Shown here piece by piece: positions 24,916-38,041 of a DNA stretch of 64,000 nt. Under the pieces are notes generated by a model that was given only the letters and a program-made list of their open reading frames with translations, was not told the origin of the DNA and did not search any database. The position numbers and the translations under genes were made by a program. Where the stretch lies: assembly GCA_951406725.2 (NCBI GenBank), contig OX597827.1, positions 5,704,001-5,768,000 on the forward strand, read 5' to 3'. The stretch is from Octopus vulgaris. Taxonomy: Eukaryota. The first letter of the stretch is position 1. Each line of letters opens with the position of its first letter.

Positions 24916-27315
24916 CTGGTGTATTTCTTGTAAATAGCTGGGATGTGGAATTTCAGTAGTTGCAGTGTTCCAGTTTGTAGATGAGTTATCTCCCGTATGA
25001 GTGTCTCTTCTCAGTGATGCTGATCGTGAATGGGCACTGTTCACAGAATCAGTTACCACTGTAATTGGAATGTCATATTTTGGAGAGTCTTGCTCACAAA
25101 AATATCTTGAACGTCTTCCTTGTTTTATGCATTTTTTATTTAAATTAAAATGTGTGTGCCTCTGATTTCTTTTGTGAACAATACATACAATCACCGAGAC
25201 CACAATAGCAACAGACACTATTACTGCAGCCACTACTATGATAATCATCAGGTTAATATGTATTCTGTTGTCTGATTCTGTGTCTTCAGCTGTGTACATT
25301 CTGGCAGTTGTATTGCTAACAGTTAGTGTCAAAGACAGTGTAGTTGTTGTTGATAAAACTGGTGTACCATTGTCTTTGACAGCTAATTTTAGATTATACG
25401 ATCCAGCATCATTTTGGTAAACGGTTCGAGAGAAAGATAAAACTCCTGTGTAAGGGTTGACTGTGAATAACTGTTTGTCATTGCCTCCAAGTATTTCATA
25501 TCTGAGGAAAGAGTTTACATGACTGTCTCTGTCGGAGGCTCTTAATGTTGTGATGTCACTCTTACTCTGTGGATGGTAGTGGACGTCTATATTAAATAAT
25601 TTGATACTTGGAAATGTAAAGTATGGTGCATTGTCATTTTTATCCATAACTTCAACAATAACATTAGCTGTATTACTTAGCCGTGGTTCGCCATTATCTT
25701 TTACGATAGCCTTAAATTCGTACATGTCTTGTTTTTCATGATCCAAAGATTGAGCTGTTGTAATAAATCCAAAATTGGAAATCTTAAATGGAAGAACATA
25801 ACCATGCTCATCAAACAAAGAATACGATAGTTGTCCTCCAAGACCTAAATCAGGATCTGTAGCATTGATAAACCCAACAGGAAAATTAGGTTCTTCATTC
25901 TCATAAGTTAAGAATTTAAATGTGCTTTTTGTAAAGTATGGTTGTACATCATTGACATCCATCACTTCAATAGAAAATTTCCTCTCTGTCTTTAAGGATG
26001 GAAATCCCTTATCTTCACAGACAATACTTAAGTCCATGTGACTTTCTAATTCTCTGTTAACAAGACTTTTGATAACGACTTTATATTTATTTTTCCCCAG
26101 ACTTTGTAGCATAAACTTGTCATGATTTAGAATACAATCAACTTCTCCATTGTGGCCACTGTCATTATCAATGACCTTCACATAAGCAATGAAACTACCA
26201 ACTTTCACTCCTTCTGATATGGAAACCACATTTCCATCAGATTTAGAGACAAATTTCACATCAATCCTTGGAGCATTGTTCTGTTGGTTTAAAACATTAA
26301 TAAGAACGATTGCTGTAGAACTCAATGGAGGACTACCATGATCTGTGGCATCAATGAAAAGGTTATAGGTTTGTCTTTTACCAAATGGAAAATTACTGTT
26401 TAAAAATATTTCTCCTGTATTTTTATTTATATTAAAATAAGATTGTGTCAGTGATGAGGTTTTGAGATTGAAATTATATGAAACATTCCCATTTTCACCA
26501 GCATCTAAATCATCTGCAAACATTGTGATTACTGGCTCATTTCTCTGGTGTGCACTGCTTATAGTAATGTTATTTGTATTATGTGTGAAGACAGGTGCAT
26601 GGTCATTTTCATCTATAACAGACACTTCAACTTTCAAAATGCCAACTTTTCTTGGGAACCCCCCATTACTGGCAACAATCTGGAGTGAATAATGGCTTTT
26701 CACTTCTCGATCGAGTTCTTGAGTTAAACTTAATTTTAATTTCGAGGTACCAAGAACACTGTTTAAAATCGATAGACCAAATGGTTCATCTTCATCCTTG
26801 CTTAAGTGGTATGTAATTTGAGAATTTGCAATACTAACATCTTTGTCCATGGCATTTGGGATAGATTTTGTTGTTCCTTTTTTATCACTTTCATAGAACT
26901 GGAGATGGATAAGTTTCACTGGAAATTCAGGAGGGTTGTCATTATCATCAACTATAATAATTTTCAGTTCAATTATCTTCAGGAAAGTTTCCTCTTGTTG
27001 AACAGCAATTTCAATTATTCTTGAACATTCACTGTTATATTTGCAAAGTGACTCAGCATCAAATGTATGTGTGGTGTATAATTTTCCTCCCTTGGTAACA
27101 TTAAATAACTGTGAATTACCATTTAATCTTTCATACAGTTGACTAAATGTGATTGGTTTGCGATTAGACATTAAGATACTGTCTAACAAACTAGTATCAG
27201 CAGTGATATCACCAATAAAAGTTCCAGGCCTTTGACCCTCTTTCACATGGTAAGTAAGATCAACAGACACTGCTAGCTTTATAAACAACAACACCATGGA
27301 AAGATTAATCTTCAT
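24916..27315 (-). CDS. Protocadherin, large coding exon (signal peptide, 6 extracellular cadherin repeats, TM, proximal cytoplasmic tail); cephalopod-type
   Basis: Uninterrupted 800-codon frame from the ATG at 27315 (MKINLSMVLLFIKLAVS|VDLTYHVKEG; the ORF-track start at 27333 is a GTG). EC1 carries the protocadherin C-x5-C motif (DAESLCKYNSEC). Linkers read DDNDNPPEF, DENDHAPVF, NQQNNAP, DVNDVQPYF, DKNDNAPYF, with LDRE/VNRE/LDHE and A-x-D-x-D motifs. Hydrophobic TM LMIIIVVAAVIVSVAIVVSVIVCIV. The exon ends at CAG|GTAAAG (phase 0); read-through would add VKYL* to 24901. Confidence 0.95.
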
Positions 27316-27385
27316 ATTATCTTTTAATATCACTTTAGTCAGAAATTTTTTAAAAAATTATTTTTCGCAGGCATTTATGTTAAAT

Positions 27386-27473
27386 CTGAAAAAGACGAGA
27401 AAAGAAAAGCATTATAATTTTGCTTCCATAAAATTTTTAAAGAAAAAAAAAAACAGCTAAAATAAAAATTTAC
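27386..27473 (-). other. Probable 88-bp 5'UTR intron of the protocadherin
   Basis: Strong minus-strand acceptor TTTTCTTTTCTCGTCTTTTTCAG|A (AG at 27387-27386), 70 nt upstream of the ATG. Candidate donor AAA|GTAAAT at 27473. The acceptor is better supported than the donor. Confidence 0.55.
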
Positions 27474-27765
27474 TTTTACATCGATTGAATTAAATATTTC
27501 ACACAATATATGGAATTATCAAAATCTTTTTCAGAGTAATGGAAAGCCAAAACAGTTGTTATGTTAGTTATAAAAATGTATTGTGGAATCTATAATTTAA
27601 ACTCAGCAGCACAGCAATGATATCAGCAGGAACAAAAAGCAGTTCTTGGTGTGAGCATCTCATTACAATGGATTCAGCAGTTGATTGAAGAGCATTAATG
27701 AAATATATTTAAAAGTAGGTGTAACCTCATCTACTCTGCTGCCTCAATAGTCATGACGAGGAAGT
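27474..27765 (-). promoter_or_regulatory. Candidate 5'UTR exon/core promoter of the protocadherin
   Basis: Unique, non-repetitive segment between the candidate donor and a (TAA)n block, with an AT-rich TATA-like TTTAAATATA near 27705-27714 on the minus strand. Positional inference only. Confidence 0.3.
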
Positions 27766-27766
27766 G

Positions 27767-27808
<42 letters not shown>

Positions 27809-27927
27809 GCACTAATAATTTTTTTTCAAAAAATTTTAAGTATGCTATGAAGTGGTGTTAAATTTCTTAAAGTGGGTGTAACCTGATTTTTCAATATCTT
27901 TCTGATGAGAAATAAAATTTTATAAAA

Positions 27928-28112
<185 letters not shown>

Positions 28113-28596
28113 ACAAGTTTAATACATAGAATAATGGAATAAAAAAATATCAATTTAGGTTTAACTTGAACTATTTGGTGCAATGTAAAATAGGAAATAA
28201 GAAAGGATTACCGTGTAGAAGGAAGTGAAGAAATATTTCTAAAAGAATTTAAGTAACAGTTTTACTCTTATAGTATACTTAATATTTATTGTTTGGTTCT
28301 TTTTGTTCTTTCAGCCATTTGACAGCAGCCATGCTGGGACTGAACCCAGAACCATGTAGTTGGGAAGCAAGCTTCTTACCACACAGTCATGCCTGCACCT
28401 ATTGATTTATATTTTGTGTAGTTTACCTGGTATTAATGGTTTATATATATTATTCCTAGCATCTGCTGCAAAACTAATGTAAGAAACATTTTAAAATGTT
28501 AGATATGTGTCTTTTCTCTCAGTTTGGAGGGTGAGTCCAGATATGTCATGTGGTACTTGGGTGCATGCCTTTAGTTGTGTTCTCTCTATTTGCAAG

Positions 28597-28897
28597 CATT
28601 TGGCCTTAAACATTTGGCCTTAAATGTTTGGCCTTAAATGCTTGGCCTTAAACGTTTGGCCTTAAACGCTTGGCCTTAAACATTTGGCCTTAAACATTTG
28701 GCCTTAACCATTTGGCCTTAAACGTTTGGCCTTAAACATTTGGCCTTAAATATTTGGCCTTAAACATTTGGCCTTAAACGCTTGGCCTTAAACATTTGGC
28801 CTTAAACATTTGGCCTTAAACGTTTGGCCTTAAACGTTTGGCCTTAAACATTTGGCCTTAAACATTTGGCCTTAAAAGTTTGGCCTTAAACATTTGG
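28597..28897. repeat. 14-bp minisatellite, ~21.5 copies (consensus CATTTGGCCTTAAA)
   Basis: Read directly from the sequence. The core TTGGCCTTAA is invariant and variation is almost confined to the first three bases (CAT/CGT/CGC/TGT/TGC/TAT/AGT). Confidence 0.95.
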
Positions 28898-29916
28898 TTC
28901 TCTCACCATTCATATTTTTCAAGTGTGGAACTTTGGGAAAGTGGCTTTCTGGAAGCCCATTGTGTGTGTGTGTGTGTGTGTGTGTGAGTGTGTGTATTAA
29001 GGGATGACTCCATTTTGGTCATAAATGACCATGGGATTGCACCTAGAAAGATATCCTCCCAGGCACAAGTCCAGGCAAGGTTGTTTATGGGAGACCACCA
29101 GTCACCCATGCATGCCAGCCTCCACTCTCCATTCCACTGATGTTATCCAAGGGAAAGGCAAAGGCTGATTCAACTTGGCTCCAGTAATATTACAACTCTT
29201 TTCTACAGCTGAGTGAACTGGAGCAAGGTGAAATAAAGTGTCTTGCTCAAGAACACAGCACACTGCCTGGTCCTGGAATCAAACTCACTACCTCATGATT
29301 GTGAGCCTGATGCTCTAACGACTGTGTTGGATCTTGAGCCTACAGTGGACCGTGGGCTGCATGCCATAGTATACTCCTGTGTGAGTTTACTTATGCATTG
29401 AGTATTTGACCCATACTTGTTAATGTATGCGTAATTAGGACAAATCTGCAGTTACTCTATCCAGATTACAAGTTCAGATTTATACCTGTAATTATTGGGG
29501 CCCTAAAATATGTAACACACTGCCTAAATATCGATCTTGAGAAATTTGGCTTCTCAAAATCAGAAAGGAGAAAGCTAATTTAAAGACCACAGATCCAATC
29601 CATCACCGGAACTGTAAAAATCTGTAAAACTTTCCAGAAGTTTATCATTTAAGTACGTATGAGCATGTCTAGATATGCAACTGTATGCATGAGATATGCA
29701 ACTATATATGCATGAGATATGCAAACATATACATAAAACAAAATGTACAAAACTGCACATATGCATACATACACACACATATACATACATACATATATAC
29801 ATACATACAAAAATACCCTGGTGATGTCTAATTTCTTATGAAAGAGCCTTGTATTTAGGTTAGAAACCAACTCTTTCTCTATTGACGAGAAATCTTGAAA
29901 TAAAACTGAATAATGG

Positions 29917-29954
<38 letters not shown>

Positions 29955-30122
29955 CATACATACATACATACATACATACATGCATACATACATACATACA
30001 CATGCATACATACATACATATACACACACACATACATACATACATACATACATACATACATACATACATACATACACACACACACATACATATATGCATG
30101 CATGCATACTTACATACATATA

Positions 30123-30342
30123 TAGAGAGTCCATTAAAAAATTGTATACACACTTGAGGAAAGAAAAAAATCTGTATAAATATTTAACTTGTGTAAGTAC
30201 CTCTATAAATATAAATACCTCTTTCACTGTTTTATCAAATTGCTATAACACTGAATAAAATGCAATAACACTAAAATAAAATATTTAGACAAATTTTTCC
30301 TTTCCTGAAGTGCGTATACATTTTTTTTTGGTGGACACTCTG
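30123..30342. mobile_element. Tc1/mariner-type MITE (~220 bp)
   Basis: ~45-bp imperfect TIRs (TAGAGAGTCCATTAAAAAATTGTATACACACTTGAGGAAAG vs CTTTCCTGAAGTGCGTATACATTTTTTTTTGGTGGACACTCTG), with TA on the left and TG on the right, inside a (TACA)n tract. Confidence 0.75.
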
Positions 30343-30424
30343 TGCATACTTACATACATACATACATACATACATATATACATGTATACATACATGCATG
30401 CATACATATCTACATACACACAGA

Positions 30425-30656
30425 TACTCTTTACTCTTACTCTTTTACTTGTTTCAGTCATTTGACTGTGGCCATGCTGGAGTACCGCCTTTAATCGAGC
30501 AAATCGACCCCAGGACTTTTTCTTTGTAAGCCTAGTACTTATTCTATCGGTCTCTTTTGCCGAACTGCAAAGTTACGAGTATGTAAGCACACCAGCATTG
30601 GTTGTCAAGCGATGTTGGGGTGACAAACACAGAGACACAAACATATACACACACAT

Positions 30657-30698
<42 letters not shown>

Positions 30699-30862
30699 GA
30701 CAGGCTTCTTTCAGTTTCCATCTACCAAATCCACTCACAAGGCTTCGGTCAGCCTGTGGCTATAGTAGAAGACACTTGCCCAAGGTGCCATGCAGTGGGA
30801 CTGAACCCGGAACCATGTGGTTTGTGAGCAAGCTACTTACCTCACAGCCACTCCTATGCCTA
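30425..30862 (-). mobile_element. SINE family A
   Basis: Full-length copy. Confidence 0.85.
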
Positions 30863-31284
30863 TGAGGAATTTTTTCTCACTCTTTCTCAACCAATTCTAC
30901 TCACAAGATATTGACCATATTTGTGTAAGGAACAGAGGGTGTATATGCATGTGCATGCACATGTATGTGTGTGTGTGTGTGTGTGTGTGTTTGTGAATGT
31001 TGTTGCCATGTGTCCTCACTAACAACACTAAGCAAAAACAGTGTGTTTCTTTTCAAAGACACCAGTTTTGCTCAGGTAAATCTCCCACAGTTTCTGTAGT
31101 ATTACAGCTTTCAATGTGTGAGGATCAATGAACCGAAAGTATTTTTCTATGATTGGTAACACGAAGAACACTGAGCAGTGAAAAACCTGCTTCAACAAGT
31201 CATGTCTAATCCATACCCAAACGGGAAAATAAATGTAAAATGATGACAACAATGAAGGTACTGCTGCCACCACCTTCACCAACA

Positions 31285-31321
<37 letters not shown>

Positions 31322-31420
31322 GGACGATGATGATGATGATGATGATGAGGACGATGATGATGATGATGATGATGAGGACGATGATGATGATGATGATGAT
31401 GATACAGATGATGATACAGA

Positions 31421-31825
31421 TACTCTTTACTCTTTTACTTGTTTCAGTCATTTGACTGCGGCCATGCTGGAGCACCGCCTTTAATCGAGCAACTCGACCA
31501 GGGACTTATTCATTTGTAAGCCCAGTACTTATTCTATTGGTCTCTTTTGCCGAACCGCTAAGTGACAGGGACATAAACACACCAGCATCGGTTGTCAAGC
31601 AATGCTAGGGGGACAAACACAGATGCACAAACACACACACGCATATATATATACATATATACGACGGGCTTCTTTCAGTCTCCGTCTACCAAATCCACTC
31701 ACAAGGCTTTGGTCATCCCAAGGCTATAGTAGAAGACACTTGCCCAAGGTGCCACGCAGTGGGACTGAACCCGGAACCATGTGGTTGGTAAAAAAGCTAC
31801 TTACCACACAGCCACTCCTGCACCT
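31421..31825 (-). mobile_element. SINE family A
   Basis: Full-length copy. Confidence 0.85.
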
Positions 31826-33334
31826 ATATTTAAACTGGATAACAACTACATCAATTTTAGCATTCTAAGAGAAATTTTAAGGGACCACCATATACTTCCC
31901 CAATTCTCGACTAATTTGTCTAAATTAAAGAAAGAAAGAAATAAGTAAAAATGTAATTATCGAATTTTTGTTGTGTTCAAATTCCACCAAGGTCAACTTT
32001 GCTTTCCTTCCTTTTTGGGATTTGATAAAATAAAGTATCTGTCAAGTACCGGGACTGATAGTAGCGACGAAATCTGTCTCCCAAATTTCAAACCTTGTAC
32101 TTATGTTAGAATCAATTATTATTACTAAGACATCTAATATTTAGCTTTATATTGGCCAATATATTTTGAGATGGTTATTATAAATTTGATTTATCTAAAA
32201 AATATAAAAGGTGAAATAAAATATTTGCAAACATCAACTTAGAAATTTTACTAAATTGCTACAAAAAGTAAGTATGCAATAACATTATTTGGTCCTCAAG
32301 AATCAATTTCTTTTCCCATAATCCTCACACCTCATAATTATTTCTTTACCCATAATATATTTTTTTAAACTTTTCATATTAAATTTAAATTAAGAAAGAA
32401 CTCTTAAGCAATATAAAACAATATGCATTATTGTGAGAAAAAAACAAACAAAAAAAAAATTAAAATAATATCTCTCTCGTCTCTACTTTGGTTCTAAAAA
32501 TATTCTCATAATTACAATATTTTACTTTAAAACTGAAATTTTAGAAACCAATTTTGTGCTTCACAATGAAACCTAATAACGAACTTATTATTTTCATTTC
32601 TGTATGAAATTACACCTGTTCTCTATTTTGCTTTTTTTCTATCAATATATAGTCCGACTTGATCATCACCAAGTGTGCTGTTGTCCAAAGTCAACTCCTC
32701 AATGAAGCAAGCCAGCTTTAACATTAAACTAAATTACTTCATCTTGCAATTTCTTTTTTTTTTGCTGATATTTACTTCTATAGTTTCTATTCACTAGCTA
32801 TTATTGACATAAAAAATTTATTCACTCAGTTCTCATCATCTCTTTATATTACATCTCTATAACTACTTCAGAATTCTTTCTTTCAGACAATATTTGATGC
32901 CTTCGTTATTATTTTAAATCGCCAAGTCTTGATGTTATATTATGAAATACTATGTTTTTTTTTTTTTAGGGGTTTTTTTTTTTTTTTTTTGATTAAAAAT
33001 GGATGCCTACTGATATATATGAGTGCTTGTTGCAGAGTATTTTGTGAAATACATACATTTCTTTTCTTTTTTGTACAGAATATTGTGCTAAAACAAACTG
33101 TCTACATTGTTATATTAAATATCGCATGATTATAGACACACACTCACATACTCACGCACATATATGAAGGCAGTGAATTAGTAAAACTTTTAGAGCAGAG
33201 GATATCTTGCTTGGTGGTATTCAGTCCTTGTCTGAATGTTCTGAGTTCAAATACAGCTGAGATCATCTTTGTCTTTTATCCTTGCAGAGTGTATCAATCC
33301 TGAACTGGGGCCAGTTCTCATTCTTTTTGTTTAT

Positions 33335-33600
33335 TTCTCTCTCCCTTTCTCTCTTTCTCTCTTCTCACTCTCTTCTGTCTGTCTTGCTCTCTCTCTCTCT
33401 GTCTCCTCCCCGCTCTTCCTCTCCACTCTCTCCCTTTCCTTCTCTCCCTTATCCCTTTCTCTTCCTCTCTCTCTTTCTATTTCCCTCCCCCTCTCTGCCT
33501 TTCACTGTCTCACTATCTCTCCCTTTCCCCCTCTTCCTATTCCTTTCCCCACTCAGTTACTTTCTCTATCTCTCTCTTTCTTTGTCTCTGCCCCACCCAC
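33335..33600. repeat. Polypyrimidine (CT-rich) low-complexity tract
   Basis: Read directly. A similar tract lies at 51122-51330. Confidence 0.9.
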
Positions 33601-33919
33601 ACCCTGTCTTTATCTATCTCCACCCAACCCCCATCTGTCTCTGGAAGGAATTAACTGAGTTTAGACCTAGAAAGTTATGAGGTCAGCCAGGTTTCAAACT
33701 GTTCTTTCAAAACGTTCAAGACATGCTTTGTGTCATGATAGCACCCCTAAAACTCCATCAGAACCCAAGGGCTCATGGCATATACATGTACATACATTTG
33801 TATGAAGATTAACAGAGAGGCAGATTAAATGTATTGAATTAATACACTGGACCCTATAAATAGATATCATTTCATTTGCAAAGACTTTGAAATTTGTCAC
33901 CATTCAGTTTTAATACTTT

Positions 33920-34332
33920 CAGGCGCAGGAGTGGCTGTGTGGTAAGTAGCTTGTTTACCAACCGCATGGTTCCAGGTTCAGTCCCACTGCATGGCAACTT
34001 GGGCAAGTGTCTTCTGCTATAGCCTAGGGCCGACCAAAGCCTTGTGAGTGGATTTGGTAGACGGAAACTGAAAGAAGCCCGATCGTATATATGTATATAT
34101 ATATATATATATATATGCGTGTGTGTGTTTGTGTGTCTGTGTTTGTCCCCCTAGCATTGCTTGACAACCGATGCTGGTGTGTTTATGTCCCTGTCACTTA
34201 GCGGTTCGGCAAAAGAGAATAAGTGCTGGGCTTACAAAAGAATAAGTCCCGGGGTCGAGTTGCTCGATTAAAGGCGGTGCTCCAGCATGGCCGCAGTCAA
34301 ATGATTGAAACAAGTAAAAGAGTAAAAGAGAG
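33920..34332 (+). mobile_element. SINE family A
   Basis: Near full-length copy on the plus strand. Confidence 0.85.
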
Positions 34333-34628
34333 TATTCTTGTGAACATGTAACACCAGGACATATGTGTGGGAATGAAATACGCTTAGGGAATACAAACCT
34401 AGGTCCAAAATTTTTTACAAACAAGGTTGATTGTTTTCAGTCTCAACCTTTAACATACTGCATTTTCTTTAGAATTGTTTATCCTGTCACTGCCTTGTTA
34501 CTACAGGGGAGAAAATTCACACAGTGACATGATGTACCTACAGTGTGCTAAAGGTTAGTATCAAAACATAAGAAGGTATTATAGTAATAATAATAATAAT
34601 AATGATGATAATAATGATAGTAGTAATG

Positions 34629-34639
<11 letters not shown>

Positions 34640-34662
<23 letters not shown>

Positions 34663-34800
34663 TATGTTTGACTTTTGCTTTATGTCTGTACAAGTTGGCT
34701 CCAAATCTCACCCAGATACCTCAAGAGGCAACAGGTTGGAAGTTCTGTGCCATATATTTTTGGGTTTTTTTTTTTTTTGGTGTTGTACTAGTGAATGTCT
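34640..34800 (-). mobile_element. 3'UTR-only copy of the same R4/Dong-like family
   Basis: Close match to 24212-24360, flanked by (TTA)n on both sides. Confidence 0.75.
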
Positions 34801-34813
34801 AATACATATTATA

Positions 34814-34861
<48 letters not shown>

Positions 34862-36634
34862 ATTATTATTATTATTATTATTACTATATTTAAGGTAGTG
34901 AGCTAGCAGAATTGTTAGCATGCTGGGCTAAATGCTTAGTGGTATTTCATCTGTCTTTACCTTCTGAGTTCAAAGGTGACCAAGGTCGACTTTGCCTTTC
35001 ATCCTTTATGGGGTTGATAAAAGCAGTATCAGTTGAACACTGGGCTTGATGTAATCCACTTTCCCACTCCCTTGAAATTGCTGGCCTTGTGCCAAAATTT
35101 GAAATCAATAATTATTTGTACATGAATCAGGTCAGATAAATCCAATAATATTTCAACTAAAGGCGCAAGGCCTGGATTTTGAGGGGAGGGGACTAATCAA
35201 TGACGTCATCCCCACTGGTACTTAATTCATTGACCCTGAAAGGATGAAAGGCAAAGTCAATCTTAGTGGGATTTGAACTCAGAATGTAGTGGCAAATGAA
35301 ATACTGCCAGGCATTTTGCCCAGTGTGCTAATGGTTCTGCCAGGTCAGCACCTTAGATAAATCTAATATTGGAAATGCAAGGTTTCAAATCAGTCCTCAA
35401 AAGTTTCTACTCTCATTCATTTTGGAGATGATGTTTATTATGAGGATGTTCAAAGCATCTTCATTGCTCCTTCACACCAAAGTTTTAAAGGTGTGCTTGC
35501 CCAGCACTTGTAAGTGTGTGTGTAATGATATAGAGCTAAGGTAATTTCTGTTAGAAAACTCTAATGGTGATTGCCTATGCCATAAGAATTTAAAATCGTT
35601 GAGAGATGATGAAAGATAAATTGTTTTTAATGGTAGAACTTGCTGCTTATTAGCCTTCAAATTTTCTGATCCAAAGGGCTTTCAATACAATGTTTGTATG
35701 TTATTAATTATAGCTTTATCTACTTCGAGTACCACTGTTAATAATTAATGGTAATGTCTTTTTGATTTTTTGTCAAAACTGTATACACCATTCTAAGTAT
35801 GGATTCGAATTATAATCTCTGATGCTGAGAAGGAAAGGGAGCTGGTTTACTTTTGATTAACAACTAGTACAAATCATCTTGTTATCTTTGAAGTAAATAA
35901 AATGGCCAAAACCTGTTACTGGAAATCAATGCGCAAAGATTTTTTTTACTATCTCATTAGAATAATGGGAATTAAAAAAAGAAAAATAATTGCTCTATTT
36001 TATTCCTGAAATTTACGAGGAAATACAACTATAGTCAAATACACCTAATCCTCTTTAACAAATGTGAAGATTAATTCCTAATCATTGATACATTTTGTGA
36101 AAGATTACTTTTGTTGTGAACATTTAAAATTCTAGAATATTGTATTTCAATGAATTTGACTGATGAAATAAAATGAATCTCTTTGGGGATTACTGAAGCA
36201 TAAGTACATTCAAAGAATAGCAGTTTCCTGTCTAATTTATTAGCACCAGATGAAAACAGTTAAATATGCAGTTTTCAAAGTGTGCCTGAATCACAGAGAA
36301 CGTTTCACTATTTTTGTTTTACTGACTAATCAAAATGACACACACAGTTGATAAATATATTTGGTTCTTGTATAATTTATGGCAGCCCTAGAATGATCCT
36401 TTGAAGGCAAAATAATTCTTTCAAATCTATGCACAAGAAGGGCATGATTATGTGGTTAAGAAACTCACTTGGCAACCATGTATTTTCAGGTTCAATCCCT
36501 CTGTGTGGCACCTTGCTTAAGTGTCTTCTACTATAGTCCTGAATTGACTAATGCCTTATGAATGAATCTGATTGATGGAAACTCTGTGGAAGCTCATAGT
36601 GTGTGTGTATGTATATATGTATGTATATATGTGA

Positions 36635-36676
<42 letters not shown>

Positions 36677-36760
36677 TTATGTATATATTATGGAGATGTA
36701 CTTGCATAGCAAGTGACCTGATCTGAGATCACGTGCTGGAACGAAAACAATTGCAGTATG

Positions 36761-36930
36761 GAAACACACAAAAACCGTTAGATTCAATTCAACATTTAAA
36801 TATAATTTGCCAAAATATTTTCATCGCTTTGAGACCACAACCTGTTCACTGACAAAATTCCACACTGTAAATATTTCGGCAAATCAAATTTAAATGTTGA
36901 AGTGAATCTAACGGTTTTTTTGTGTGTTTC
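36761..36930. repeat. Inverted repeat (~60-bp arms, ~48-bp spacer)
   Basis: 36761-36820 vs 36869-36930. Confidence 0.85.
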
Positions 36931-37218
36931 TTAAATGGCTTATAAACACTCTCCACACTGCAATTGTTTATATATACATACATTTATGTATATATATATA
37001 TCTTCATATATATATATATATCTTTATATATATATATGTATATATATATCTTTACATATATATATGTATATATATGCATATATATATATATCCATACACA
37101 CACACACACATATACATACACACAGACACACACATATATACATACACACTCACACACACATGCATATATTTACCATGCTAGCAGTCCAACCCATGCTAGC
37201 ATGGAAAACCGACGTTAA

Positions 37219-37517
37219 ATGATGATGATGATGCACCACCAGCACCATTATCATCATCACCATAATCATCATTATTGCCATCATCATCATCATCATCACT
37301 GTCATCATCATCACACCCCACCACACCACCATCAACACCACCACCATCACCATCGCTACCACCACTACCATCACCGTCATCATCATCATCATCATCATCA
37401 TCGTCGTCGTCATCATCATCATCGTCATCATCGTCATCATCACTGTTGTTACCTCTACCACCACCAACAACACCATCATCATCATCATCGTCGTCATCAA
37501 CATCATTATCATCATCA
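37219..37517. repeat. (CAT/CAC/CGT)n trinucleotide low-complexity tract
   Basis: Read directly. It is the expanded tail of a family C end at 37170-37220. Confidence 0.9.
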
Positions 37518-38041
37518 TTTTACTGTCTACTTTTTCAGGCCAGCCTGTACGGGCTGAACTTTGTTGAGGCAGATTTTCTATAACTGGAGTTCTCCTGGTC
37601 ACTCCTTCGCCCTCACCTGATTTTGTTTCTGATAACATTCAAGCCATCTACAATATACTGTTCATGCTTAGTGTGGTGGCCAAGTGTAGCGCTAAGAATC
37701 CATAATGTGAATAGGGGAGGTAATTCTGTGGGTGAATGATATTAAGAGTGAATTAGTGAATTGAGAAGGGGTGACAAATGACAACAATAATAATATTTTA
37801 TAAGCTTAAAGCTTATAAGCGATCATTCTGTATTGACTGAAGAAAATAATCAAATATTCGGGCATAAAAATGGGTTTTCTGTACACATGGGACTTGAACC
37901 CATACCGCTTATATTTGGAGTAAGTGTGCTAGCCATTACACCAAAACCCACTTTTGTTCATTACAGGCTTAGATGCCCCAAAACACCATGATTGCTTATA
38001 AGTTTTAACTTTATTAAATATTATTTTTTACAGAAATAATA

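Noticed and set aside
28597-28897. Regular repeat with short variable segments, superficially CRISPR-like
   Set aside because: The unit is 14 bp with only ~3 variable bases, there are no unique spacers or cas genes, and the context is eukaryotic. It is a minisatellite.
37219-37583. His-rich or Ser-rich protein ORFs (also poly-Ala/Asp/Gly at 43487-43793)
   Set aside because: These are trinucleotide low-complexity tracts open in several frames on both strands, with no splice or domain evidence.
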